From Candidatus Campbellbacteria bacterium (lineage in GTDB: Bacteria > Patescibacteriota > Minisyncoccia > Phycocordibacterales > EsbW-18), in contig CP064977.1 in NCBI GenBank assembly GCA_016699465.1, positions 204,993 through 268,992 on the forward strand: 64,000 bases of DNA, read 5' to 3'. Positions 44,131 through 54,245 of this stretch are shown piece by piece. The first letter of the stretch is position 1, and every line of letters begins with the position of its first letter. The position numbers were made by a program, and so were the translations under genes. Below the pieces are notes generated by a model. The model did not search any database. It saw nothing but the letters and a program-made list of their open reading frames with translations, and was not told the DNA's origin.

Positions 44131-45255
44131 CTACGCCACAGCGCACACAACCCCACCACCAATACATACATCTCCGTCGTATACCACAACCGATTGCCCC
44201 AACGCTATTGAATGCTGTGGTTCTGTAAAATGAATACGTACATTCTCACCAACAACATCAACAACACACGCCTGAAGGGGCTGTCGGTACCGAAATCGGG
44301 CAGTGTATTCTTTGTGTACAACCGGCGCCACTGAGATCCAGTTTACCTGTTCAAGCACAACGTCAGTATGGCTAAATGCACTGTCTGTTGTGAGGTTATG
44401 CGAAACCGTTATGGTGTTACGCTCAATATCTTTTGAAACAACATACAACGGACCATCTGTTGGTGTTTTTTTTGTCACATGAAATCCATGGCGCTGACCA
44501 AGTGTGTACAGAAGCGCTCCATCGTGAGTCCCAATAACATCTCCACGTTCATTCAAAACAGCCCCCACTGAAACAGCGATAAACTTTTTTAAAAAATCTC
44601 TCATATCGACGTGCCCAAGAAAGCACACACCCTGACTATCTTTTTTATCAGCGACCGATAAACCAAAACGATGAGCCTGTTCGCGCACCTCAACTTTTTC
44701 TATATCACCAACAGGAAAAAGCACATGAGCAAATACTTCTTTCGGGACTCGCCACAAAAAATATGATTGATCTTTCTGCACATCAACTCCCGCCAACAAC
44801 TCCACATTTCGTGTTTCGTGTTTTGTGTTTTGTGTTTTTATTCGGGCATAGTGCCCCGTCGCAACATACTCAGCACCTTCCTCGCGCGCTTTCTTGAAAA
44901 ACGCACCGAATTTTATTTTTTCATTACACATAACATCTGGATTTGGCGTTCTCCCAGATGCGTACTCAGAAATCATGTACTCAACTACTTCTTTTTTATA
45001 TGTCTCTTCAAGATCAAATGTTTTAAAAGGAATACCGAGATGGGCACACACATCCATAGCGTCTTTTCGTTCTTCTTTCCAAGTGCACTCCAAAAAAGGT
45101 GGGTGCCATGTTTTGATAAACACACCCGTGACGTCGTACCCCTGCTCACGAAGCAACGCAGCAGAAACCGAGCTATCAACCCCTCCACTCATTGCCACAT
45201 ATACCTTTTGCCCAGTCATATCGCCACATAGTACCAAGCATTGACTTTCTGTCAA
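44131..45255 (-). CDS. mnmA: tRNA-specific 2-thiouridylase.
   Basis: PP-loop VAMSGGVDSSV; 374 aa. Confidence 0.85.
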   Translation of the reverse strand: MTESQCLVLCGDMTGQKVYVAMSGGVDSSVSAALLREQGYDVTGVFIKTWHPPFLECTWKEERKDAMDVCAHLGIPFKTFDLEETYKKEVVEYMISEYASGRTPNPDVMCNEKIKFGAFFKKAREEGAEYVATGHYARIKTQNTKHETRNVELLAGVDVQKDQSYFLWRVPKEVFAHVLFPVGDIEKVEVREQAHRFGLSVADKKDSQGVCFLGHVDMRDFLKKFIAVSVGAVLNERGDVIGTHDGALLYTLGQRHGFHVTKKTPTDGPLYVVSKDIERNTITVSHNLTTDSAFSHTDVVLEQVNWISVAPVVHKEYTARFRYRQPLQACVVDVVGENVRIHFTEPQHSIALGQSVVVYDGDVCIGGGVVCAVA

Positions 45256-45341
45256 AAAAACGTAGTATAGTCGCGAGGGTGGTTTTTTAACCCTCTCTCC
45301 TCCCCCGACCGCGGCTCCCTCCCCCGGTCGGGCCTTTTTTT
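45241..45341 (+). ncRNA. Orphan promoter plus strong intrinsic terminator upstream of def (~65-nt transcript); candidate sRNA or attenuator leader.
   Basis: TTGACT (45241-45246), then TAGTAT/TATAGT. Hairpin gagggt..accctc. Terminator stem cccgaccg/cggtcggg (45304-45332) plus T7. Confidence 0.35.
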
Positions 45342-45369
45342 ATCTTGAAAGAAACCGTACACTATAGTT

Positions 45370-45885
45370 ATGAAACAGATTGTTCAAAATGAAGCACCTG
45401 TGTTACGAGGAAAAGCACACGCCGTTTCAAAATCAGATATTGGAAGCAACCGACTTGCCTCTATTATCACCAACATGAAAAAAGCACTTGCCACACAAAA
45501 AGATGGTGTCGCTCTTGCTGCACCACAAATCGGCGTACCCTTGCAACTCTTTATTGTTTCTGGGGATATTTTTAAAAAAGAAGATGATGAACGAAGACCT
45601 GACGATATGGTGTTCATTAATCCTGTTATAGTAAAAAAATCACGAACCAAAAAATGGCTTGAAGAAGGGTGCCTTTCTGTTCGCTGGAAATACGGAGAAG
45701 TACATCGCCACACAAAAGCTACCGTACGCGCGCTTGGCCTCGACGGAAAACCTTTTGAAATCGGTGCCAGCGGACTTCTTGCACAAATTTTTCAACACGA
45801 AACTGATCACCTCAATGGCATACTGTTTATTGATACCGCTCGCAACATACATTCAGTGCCACCCGACGCATCTGATACACACTAA
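45370..45885 (+). CDS. def: Peptide deformylase.
   Basis: Motifs GVALAAPQIG, EGCLS and HETDHLNG. Confidence 0.9.
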   Translation: MKQIVQNEAPVLRGKAHAVSKSDIGSNRLASIITNMKKALATQKDGVALAAPQIGVPLQLFIVSGDIFKKEDDERRPDDMVFINPVIVKKSRTKKWLEEGCLSVRWKYGEVHRHTKATVRALGLDGKPFEIGASGLLAQIFQHETDHLNGILFIDTARNIHSVPPDASDTH

Positions 45886-45888
45886 ATC

Positions 45889-46746
45889 ATGAAACCTTCG
45901 TTTGTTTTTTTTGGCTCACCTGATATTGCCGTCGCATCACTCAACGCTCTCTTTCAAGCTGGCCTCATTCCCCACACTATCGTCACCGCACCTGACGCAC
46001 CACAAGGACGCGGCATGGTACTCACCCCTCCACCAGCAAAAGTATGGGCGCTCGAGCATGCAATTCCTGTACTTCAACCAAAAAAACTTTCTGACCCTAC
46101 TGTGGTATCGGCACTACACGCATCCCCTTCCGATTTTTTTGTTGTTGTTGCGTACGGAAAAATTATTCCACAAAGCATTCTTGATATTCCTCGTCTAGGA
46201 ACACTCAACATGCATCCGTCACTCCTGCCACGACATCGCGGACCCTCACCAATCGAGTCGCAAATCGTACACGAAGAACACCTCTCGGGTGTTGGTGTTT
46301 CTATTATGTTATTGGATGAAAAAATGGATCATGGCCCTGTACTTGCACACACAGCACTCACCGACACAACACTGCCATGGCCAATGTCCGCACACACACT
46401 ACGTCCACTTCTCGCAGAAACCGGTGCACACCTTCTTGTTAAAACACTTTCAGCATACCTTGAAGGAGCCCTATCCCCACAACCACAGGATGACGCGCAC
46501 GCGACGTACTGTGCGATTATCAAAAAAGAAGACGCCCTCATACAATTAACCGATGACGCCTATACAAACTACAAAAAAATTCTCGCATACAGTCTGTGGC
46601 CACGTGCATTTTTCTTTGCAGAAAAAAACGGAAAACACGTTCGCGTTGTAATCACAAGCGCTCGCTTTGAAAATAACACGCTCATCATTGAGCGTGTTAT
46701 CCCCGAAGGAAAACGTGAAATGACGTACGCAGAATTTCTTTCCTAA
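45889..46746 (+). CDS. fmt: Methionyl-tRNA formyltransferase.
   Basis: Follows def; formyltransferase N-terminal domain. Confidence 0.8.
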   Translation: MKPSFVFFGSPDIAVASLNALFQAGLIPHTIVTAPDAPQGRGMVLTPPPAKVWALEHAIPVLQPKKLSDPTVVSALHASPSDFFVVVAYGKIIPQSILDIPRLGTLNMHPSLLPRHRGPSPIESQIVHEEHLSGVGVSIMLLDEKMDHGPVLAHTALTDTTLPWPMSAHTLRPLLAETGAHLLVKTLSAYLEGALSPQPQDDAHATYCAIIKKEDALIQLTDDAYTNYKKILAYSLWPRAFFFAEKNGKHVRVVITSARFENNTLIIERVIPEGKREMTYAEFLS

Positions 46747-47126
46747 ACCTCCTCCCCGTTTCCAAATCCCATTTTTTGTAATAATGATTTAAACATGCGA
46801 GCTCCTCGGCGACTACCGCGTGTTTTTTTATTCTTTTGTTTTCGCACTTCATCAAGAAGCTCATCTTTTGCAATATCAATTGCTGCATACAAATCTTCTT
46901 TTTGTGAGACAGATCGTAGCAACTCACCTTCCATGTGAAAATTTATTTCACAACGAAAAATAGCACCACCGTTGTGGTGATGTGTTGTCTTTCCTAATTC
47001 AATTTCAGCACGCGCTTCTTTTAAAGGATCTATAAATTTTTCTACCGACGATATTTTTTCCTCCGCATATAAACGAATTGCCGGTGTCAATTCCATACTC
47101 GTCGCCTTCAATGAGATAGTAAGCAT
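46743..47126 (-). CDS. hpf: Ribosome hibernation promoting factor.
   Basis: RaiA/HPF fold sequence (LTISLKATSMELTPAIR...). Confidence 0.75.
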   Translation of the reverse strand: MLTISLKATSMELTPAIRLYAEEKISSVEKFIDPLKEARAEIELGKTTHHHNGGAIFRCEINFHMEGELLRSVSQKEDLYAAIDIAKDELLDEVRKQKNKKTRGSRRGARMFKSLLQKMGFGNGEEV

Positions 47127-47156
47127 AAGTACCCTATTGGTGAATGAGTAATGTCT

Positions 47157-47390
47157 CTATTCTAGCACTTCCACAACTTTATTTCTTGTATGGTGCCCAC
47201 GAAGCACGCGAAGCTTTGAAACAGGAACACCAACATGCAACGCGACCATTGTCAAACTACGAGCTGTTGCCTTATTGTCCTGTGCTTTTTCTCGAACAGA
47301 GACAACAAATCGCCCATCGCCCATATCCACGAGAGATTCTTTTGAGGCCTGTGGAGTTACTTTTATCTTGAGGTACGTTGTTTGTTTCAT
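47157..47390 (-). CDS. DUF167 (YggU-like) protein.
   Basis: 77 aa, LKIKVTPQASKESL... Confidence 0.6.
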   Translation of the reverse strand: MKQTTYLKIKVTPQASKESLVDMGDGRFVVSVREKAQDNKATARSLTMVALHVGVPVSKLRVLRGHHTRNKVVEVLE

Positions 47391-47505
47391 ACATACATCA
47401 TAACGTACAAACGCCCCCGCTTGCGCGGAGACGTCTGTTTAATCTATGATACGCGTTTTTTTCTGTTGTGCAAGAGCTCTCCACGCCAAACACACGTGAG
47501 GTATC

Positions 47506-47540
47506 CCCAGCAAAAAACCATCGGATATTCCGATGGTTTT
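47506..47540 (-). terminator. Intrinsic terminator (bidirectional-capable) after the DUF4870 gene.
   Basis: aaaaaaccatcggatattccgatggtttttt. Confidence 0.75.
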
Positions 47541-47569
47541 TTGCTACACCTTGAGAGGTATACGATTTT

Positions 47570-47938
47570 TTAGAACGTAAAGTACTTTGAGAATGATCCG
47601 ACGAGAGGAAGTTCTTTTTCCTTTTTCTCTACAACGTTCACAATTCCGATGATAGAAAGAATAAGTGTTGCAAGATTTACAAGATTGCGAATCACCCACA
47701 ATTGCCACATAAACATTCCCAAAACATACGCGATGAGTTCGATGCTGAACACAACAAGTCCTTGCTTGATATGAAACTTCACAAACGGCTGTTCTTTGTT
47801 AGTAAAAAACGGAACAAGTACGAGAGGCCCGAGGTACGAAAGAATACCCATGAGCGTATTCTTGCTTGCTGGGTCTACTGCGTGTGATTCTTGTGGTGCA
47901 CTATTTTGCTGCGGAGCACCTGTGGTTACTGGATCCAT
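47570..47938 (-). CDS. DUF4870-like small membrane protein.
   Basis: Two TM segments with FTNKEQPFVKFHIKQGL. Confidence 0.55.
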   Translation of the reverse strand: MDPVTTGAPQQNSAPQESHAVDPASKNTLMGILSYLGPLVLVPFFTNKEQPFVKFHIKQGLVVFSIELIAYVLGMFMWQLWVIRNLVNLATLILSIIGIVNVVEKKEKELPLVGSFSKYFTF

Positions 47939-48041
47939 ATGTATGTATAAATAAACAAATACTAGTAATACCTACTTTCTATAGTGTAACATCTCTACGG
48001 GATCAAGGAAGTGATGCGGTGGATTATGCCTCACAACACAC

Positions 48042-48938
48042 TTAGTCAAAAATCGTAACGAGGTACTTATCAATTTGCCGCTGATCCATATCGTAAAAAT
48101 CCATATTTTGTCGATGTAACACGCGAGCTAAATCAGTCCCAACAAATCGCCAGTGCCACGGCTCAAATTGGTAGTACGCATTCCCTTTTGGATACGAAAG
48201 AATAAATCCATATCGGTATGCGTTATCAACAAGCCACTTGTACGCAGGAGTTGTCTCAAATCCATTCAAGCCACCATTAATACCTGTTGTCGTAAAATCA
48301 ACCGTTGTTCCCAACTGGTGCTCTGAGTATCCTTGGTCTGCCGAAAAGGCGTTCGCCCCCGAACCATAACTCACGGTATATCCTGTCTTGAGAGCCGCCT
48401 GTGTACCAAACGAACGATATGCAGAAAGAACAAAAAGTGACACATCATCATTTTTTGCATCCTTAATCAAATCCTCAAGAAACGGCCACACCTGCCTGTG
48501 AATTTGTTGTTGTTTACTTTCATCGTACACCAACGCCTTATCAATTGTTGAAAGTTTTGGTGGCGTGTAGTGCTCGTTGAGGAAAAAAACTTTTGAATAC
48601 TTTTGTAAAAGTTCTGGATCTGTCTTGCTCAATTTTTCAAGCGTTCCCACTGTACCTGTAATATCTTGTATCTGTTGCTCTAAATCATTCACACGCGACT
48701 CTTGAAGTGTGAGTTCATTCTGTACGTTTATTTTTTCTTCCCGCGCTCGAGTTAACTCACCTTGAAGTATGTCATGCGATTCGGTAAGTGTCTGGGTTGT
48801 GGTCAATGCCGTTGCATAAAGACTATTCAATACATACAAACGATACCCACCGTATCCAAGGATAACAAGAAGGACGACGATAACCCCCAAAAGTATATTG
48901 TCTGTTTTTTGAGAAGGTTCCATAACACCGTATAGCAA
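48042..48938 (-). CDS. M15B (VanY-like) D,D-carboxypeptidase with an N-terminal TM and coiled coil.
   Basis: Motifs SAYRS, EHQLGTTVDF and FEPWHWRF. Confidence 0.7.
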   Translation of the reverse strand: MLYGVMEPSQKTDNILLGVIVVLLVILGYGGYRLYVLNSLYATALTTTQTLTESHDILQGELTRAREEKINVQNELTLQESRVNDLEQQIQDITGTVGTLEKLSKTDPELLQKYSKVFFLNEHYTPPKLSTIDKALVYDESKQQQIHRQVWPFLEDLIKDAKNDDVSLFVLSAYRSFGTQAALKTGYTVSYGSGANAFSADQGYSEHQLGTTVDFTTTGINGGLNGFETTPAYKWLVDNAYRYGFILSYPKGNAYYQFEPWHWRFVGTDLARVLHRQNMDFYDMDQRQIDKYLVTIFD

Positions 48939-49076
48939 GTACTTGAGTATACCACTTATTTATCATCTCTGTAGAACGCGCACCACAAGACACGACACAC
49001 GATAAAATGCTTGGGTATGAAAAAGGCGCAGTCCGGTTTCCCGTACTGCGCCTTGTGACCAACCCTGCCGACCGTT

Positions 49077-49601
49077 CTAGGCCGTCGCCCGCTTCTTCGC
49101 CGACTTGGAGCCCTTCTCCTTCTTGGGCTCCTTCTGCTTCTTGCCGGCGTTGGCCTTGGCCGCGATCCTCGCGGCCACCTCCCGCTGCTCCTCGGCGAAC
49201 TCGGAGAAGTCGACGACATTCTTCATCGTCGTCACCCCCTTCTTCTCGCCGTGCATGCAGGTAGAACTCACCTTCACACCGACAGCGTTGTGGACGAACT
49301 GGCCGGTCGCCGCCTTCGGCGCCGGCTTCGGCTTGCGAGCCTGCTTGCCAGCGCGCGGGATGTTGGCGAGAGCGATCTCGCCGAGCAGGCGAGCCGCCGC
49401 GTTGATGTTGAAGATCACGCGCTCCCCGTCCTGCTCATTGCGGAAGTCCTCATCCCGCCGCTTGAGCAGAACCTCGGCACCCTCGAGGTGCATCCGCACC
49501 TCGTTGAACTTCTCGGAGGAGAACACCTCCATGAAGTTCTTCATCTTGGTGCGCTGCTCGTCGAACGAGCTCTCGAGCCGCCTCTTGAACGTGATGATCA
49601 T
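49077..49601 (-). CDS. GC-rich hypothetical protein with a Lys/Ala/Pro-rich basic C-terminal tail (possibly nucleoid-associated).
   Basis: About 65% GC. Tail AGKKQKEPKKEKGSKSAKKRATA. RBS aaagga before the ATG. Confidence 0.5.
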   Translation of the reverse strand: MIITFKRRLESSFDEQRTKMKNFMEVFSSEKFNEVRMHLEGAEVLLKRRDEDFRNEQDGERVIFNINAAARLLGEIALANIPRAGKQARKPKPAPKAATGQFVHNAVGVKVSSTCMHGEKKGVTTMKNVVDFSEFAEEQREVAARIAAKANAGKKQKEPKKEKGSKSAKKRATA

Positions 49602-49651
49602 GACTTTGTCCTTTCTTGCGACCTCGAAGGTCGCGGTTGTTGGTTGGTTTT

Positions 49652-49729
49652 GTTCTACTTCAGGATTTTACGCACACAGTATGAAATTTCTATAAAGCGG
49701 GGCGCATGCCCAAAATCCTGAAGTAGAAC
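49652..49729. repeat. Perfect 18-bp inverted repeat (gttctacttcaggatttt / aaaatcctgaagtagaac) flanking a 42-bp spacer.
   Basis: Directly visible. Lies about 50 nt upstream of the GC-rich gene and downstream of uvrB. Confidence 0.9.
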
Positions 49730-49865
49730 TATGTGAAAGATCGTACGGAGAGTAGTATAGCATGTACTTTTATTTTGTCAAGCACTATCACCTATTTCAC
49801 TTTCAAATACACAAAAATACGTTATATTTAAATGGTTTTTTAGGATATATGGAAAAAGAAAAAAT

Positions 49866-51960
49866 CTACGAACGACTTTTTTTACGATTCTTAGCACTAC
49901 CTGATCCCCTTTTCCTATCAGAAGTTGGCTTCTTAGGCTCGAGAAGCTTTGTAAGTGCCAGCACTTCATCGCGAAGAATTGCCGCTGTTTCAAAATCAAG
50001 TATTTTTACGGCGTCACTCATTTCTTTCTCTTTTTGTTTAATGAGCTGTTTAAGCGTCTTCCCTCCCGCAGTATCAAGAGCAATCAATTCGGCAACAGTT
50101 TCTCCATGTTCACGCAACATGTAGTCGGTAATGTCAGAAATTTTCTTGTGAATCGTTTTTGGTGTAATACCGTGCTTCGTATTGTAGGCAACTTGAATCG
50201 CGCGTCGACGGTTTGTTTCACTAATCGCCCGCTCCATAGAACCCGTCATAACATCTGCATATAAAATAACGCGACCAAGTACGTTTCGAGCCGCACGACC
50301 AATGGTTTGAATAAGTGAGGTCTCACTACGCAAAAACCCTTCCTTGTCTGCATCCAAAATACCAATGAGTTCAACTTCCGGTAGATCAAGACCTTCACGA
50401 AGCAGGTTCACACCCACAATCATGTCAAAGCCACCGTTTTTTGAACCTTTTCTAAACTTCGTCAAAAGCTCAATCCGTTCAATTGTTTTAATATCACTGT
50501 GTAAATATTCGGCAGCAATCCCCTTCTCTTTCAAATAATCAGCAACATCTTCTGCCATTCGCTTCGTGAGCGTTGTTGCAATCACACGAGCACCACTTTC
50601 AATAACCTTTTCTGCCTCCGCAATAAAATCGTGCACCTGTCCTGTATAGTTTCCTTTCGCCTGAATTGGCCGAACAATAATTTCAGGATCAATAAGTCCT
50701 GTCGGACGAATAATTTGTTCAACAATGTGTCCTTCGCTTTTGTCTAATTCGTAGCGCGATGGTGTTGCAGACGTGTATATCACCTGCCCAATTCGTTCTT
50801 CAAACTCGTTAAATTGTAGTGGTCTGTTATCAATTGCCGATGGAAGTCGAAAACCAAAATCAATGAGTGTTTTCTTACGTGAACGATCGCCGGCATACAT
50901 ACCACCAATTTGTGGAACAGTGACGTGTGACTCATCAATAATAGTCAAAAAGTCAGGTGTTCCATCTGATTTTTTAGGAAAGTATTCAAGAAGTGAAAAT
51001 GGTGGCTCTCCTGGCGCACGTCCATCAAAGTGTCGTGAGTAGTTTTCAATACCGTTCACGTACCCAACTTCTCGAATCATCGCAAGGTCATACGAGGTGC
51101 GTCGTTTCAAACGCTCTGCCTCAAGGAGTTTTCCTTCCAAAGTTAACCTTGCGACATGTTCGTCCATTTCTTCTTTAATGCTCTTTATTGCTTTTTGTAT
51201 GTCCTCTTTGTCCGAGACAAAGTGTTTTGCTGGAAAAATAAATACAGATTCCGCTTCACTCTTAATCACGCGCGACACGGCATCAATAATTGAAATCGAT
51301 TGTATGTGGTCGTCGGTGAGATCAATACGATACACCACCTTTTCGTTCACCGGCATGATTTCAATCGCATTGCCAATGGCGCGAAAAGTTCCGGGAGTGA
51401 GGTCGCTGTTTGTACGCTCAAAATAAATACGGATGAGTTCACGGATAAGCACCGAACGATTCATTTGTGCACCCTTCTCTATCTTGATGTGTACCTTCTC
51501 GTACTCTTCTGGACGACCGAGGTTATAAATACACGACACTGACGCGACAACGATGACATCTTTTCGTGTTAGTAGTGCTTGTGTAGATGCATGTCGAAGT
51601 CTATCAATCTCTTCGTTGATTTGTGCCTCCTTTTCAATGTAAGTATCGGTGACCGGAACATACGCCTCTGGTTGGTAATAATCGTAGTACGACACAAAAT
51701 AATGCACTGCATTTTCAGGAAAAAATTCTTTGTACTCTTGTGCGAGTTGTGCAGCGAGCGTTTTGTTGTGAGCAATAACGAGCGTTGGTTTGCCTATATT
51801 GGCGATAACATTTGCCATCGTAAACGTCTTTCCAGACCCCGTCACACCCAAGAGAGTTTGGTGTTGAATACCGTCTAAAACACCCTTCTCTAGGGCTTCT
51901 ATAGCCTTTGGCTGGTCTCCAGCCGGAGCAAAGTCGCTATGTAATTTGAATACTGACATA
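49866..51960 (-). CDS. uvrB: Excinuclease ABC subunit B.
   Basis: GVTGSGKT helicase motifs; start set at MSVFKLHSDF. Confidence 0.9.
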
Positions 51961-52117
51961 TGGCCATTATACAGGAAAAACATTCTGCTCACATTTTCAA
52001 CAAATAAAAATGGCTCAACCACAATGTTTTTTCGACGAAATAAAATTTTGATAAAGTCAGAATGTGCAAACACTAGACAAACAGAAAGCTTCTATGCTAT
52101 ACCCCATGCAACTATAT

Positions 52118-52792
52118 ATGAAAATATTGGTCATAGAAGATGAAGCCATCATACGTTCTGTGATTCAGTCAACACTTCAGGACGAGTTTTTTACCGTCGA
52201 TACTGCACGAGACGGTGAAGAAGGCGCCTTTGCCGCCAAAACCAACGACTACGACCTTATCATTTTAGACAACATGTTGCCTAAAAAAGATGGCGTTTCT
52301 GTGTGTCGTGAAATTCGTGGGTGTGGTAAGTCCACACCCATTTTGTCACTCTCAGTTCAAGGCGACACATCAACAAAAGTCACACTCCTTGATGCTGGTG
52401 TTGACGACTACCTTACCAAACCATTTTGCGTTGATGAATTATTAGCGCGTGTGCGTGCACTCGTGCGCCGACCACACAGAATACACAATGACGTGTACAC
52501 AATTGATACACTCTCACTTGATTCACAGCGCCATGTAGTCAAACGTGGAAAAGAAACCATTCCACTCACTCGCAAAGAGTTTATGCTCTTGGAATACCTC
52601 ATGCGAAATACCGACTACGTCGTTACTCGCGGCATGATGCTCGAACACGTATGGGAACGAAGTATCGATCCATTTTCAAATACCATTGAAGCACATATTG
52701 TCAGTTTACGAAAAAAGATAGAACGGCCCGGACGATGTAAACTCATTCATACCATCCCTGGACAAGGTTACAAGCTCACTCAGTGTCTATGA
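52118..52792 (+). CDS. OmpR-family response regulator.
   Basis: Receiver domain (MKILVIEDE...D) plus a winged-helix output domain. Confidence 0.85.
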   Translation: MKILVIEDEAIIRSVIQSTLQDEFFTVDTARDGEEGAFAAKTNDYDLIILDNMLPKKDGVSVCREIRGCGKSTPILSLSVQGDTSTKVTLLDAGVDDYLTKPFCVDELLARVRALVRRPHRIHNDVYTIDTLSLDSQRHVVKRGKETIPLTRKEFMLLEYLMRNTDYVVTRGMMLEHVWERSIDPFSNTIEAHIVSLRKKIERPGRCKLIHTIPGQGYKLTQCL

Positions 52793-53556
52793 CCACCACT
52801 AAAACAACCGACGGCATACAAGGCCGTCTTTTTCTTAAAAAGAAATCTATCTGCACGTGCGAACTACCCGAGCATGCAACAGATATTTTTACCGACATCT
52901 CACACGCACTTCAAACTCCCCTATCATGTTTAGCGGCAGAATTACAAATACTAGAGCGAAAAACACCCACACCACACCGAGATCATTTGCAACGATGTGA
53001 AAAAATAATTCACAACATGTCGGCACTTATTCATAATGCACTCTACATATCACGTCTCGAGCAAACAGAACTTGAACACTACATGAAAGATATTTCGTTG
53101 AGTGAACTTATGTACGAACTTATCGAATGTACAGAAACACTCATTAGCGAACGACGTATTTTTCTCCACACAGACATTGAAAACACCGTCACCATACACG
53201 GCGTTAAAGAAAAAGTTGAAGAACTTATTATGGCTGTACTCAGTAACAGTATTAAATATAGTAAACCACGAGGAAAGCGCACACTCTCTATCACACTTCA
53301 CGGAAACAAAACACACGCCATCATACACGTGAAAGACAACGGTATTGGTATTGCCCCTGAAGATCTCCCTCACATTTTTAACAGATTTTATCGTACACCC
53401 CACGCGAGTGCACAAACTGAACGCGGTACAGGACTTGGCTTAGCTATCGCTCAAAAAATTGCCGAAAAACACAAGGCAACAATAACTATCGAGAGCACCC
53501 TTGGTATCGGTACCCACGTTCAAATTCTTTTTCCCGTCAAAATGAAATCGGCTTAA
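52783..53556 (+). CDS. Histidine kinase lacking a sensor/TM domain.
   Basis: H-box SHALQTPL and HATPase_c motif GTGLGLAIA; only 257 aa. Confidence 0.75.
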   Translation: MSMTTTKTTDGIQGRLFLKKKSICTCELPEHATDIFTDISHALQTPLSCLAAELQILERKTPTPHRDHLQRCEKIIHNMSALIHNALYISRLEQTELEHYMKDISLSELMYELIECTETLISERRIFLHTDIENTVTIHGVKEKVEELIMAVLSNSIKYSKPRGKRTLSITLHGNKTHAIIHVKDNGIGIAPEDLPHIFNRFYRTPHASAQTERGTGLGLAIAQKIAEKHKATITIESTLGIGTHVQILFPVKMKSA

Positions 53557-54242
53557 TGATTTCCTTTCTGTTGTGTATCAGACACAACCATTCCATCTTG
53601 AATTTCAATGAGACGATCTGCATAGGCGGCATATTCAGGTTCGTGCGTCACCATAACAATTGTTTGTTCGTTTCGTTTGTGTAGTTCATTTATCACACGC
53701 ATCACATCCTCACCAGACGCACTATCAAGGTTTGCGGTTGGTTCATCGGCAAAGAGAATATCTGGCGTGTGTGCAATTGCACGAGCAATAGATACACGCT
53801 GTTGTTCTCCTCCTGAAAGTTGACTCGGCAAGTTGTCGTGACGATGCGCCAACCCAACTGCATCCAATGCCGCCATCGCCTGTTCCTTTGCGATATGCTT
53901 TTCTGTGCCAAGCATGAGGATAGGAAGTAACACATTTTCTGCCGCGGAAAGTTCGGGAATAAGTGCATAGTCTTGAAAGATATACCCAAGACGATTCAAG
54001 CGAAAATTGGTCCGTTCTTTTTCTGAAAAATTCTCTGTATTAATACCATCCAAAATAACTTCTCCACTTGTCGGCACATCCAAAATACTCATCTGGTACA
54101 AGAGTGTTGATTTACCAGCTCCTGATTTACCCATAATGGCAACGAACTCTCCCTTTTTGATGTGTAAATTAATGCCACGGAGTACTCTCGTAACTACTTC
54201 TCCACTCCCAAAATTTTTTATAAGATTCTTTACTTCTATCAT
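53553..54242 (-). CDS. ABC transporter ATP-binding protein (MacB/LolD-like).
   Basis: Walker A GKSGAGKST and signature LSGGEQQR. Confidence 0.85.
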   Translation of the reverse strand: MIEVKNLIKNFGSGEVVTRVLRGINLHIKKGEFVAIMGKSGAGKSTLLYQMSILDVPTSGEVILDGINTENFSEKERTNFRLNRLGYIFQDYALIPELSAAENVLLPILMLGTEKHIAKEQAMAALDAVGLAHRHDNLPSQLSGGEQQRVSIARAIAHTPDILFADEPTANLDSASGEDVMRVINELHKRNEQTIVMVTHEPEYAAYADRLIEIQDGMVVSDTQQKGNH

Positions 54243-54245
54243 ATA

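Noticed and set aside
49652-49729. The 18-bp inverted repeat as the intrinsic terminator of uvrB.
   Set aside because: No T-tract follows the stem on the minus strand and the loop is 42 nt, so it is atypical for a rho-independent terminator. It was kept as a candidate operator or MITE instead.
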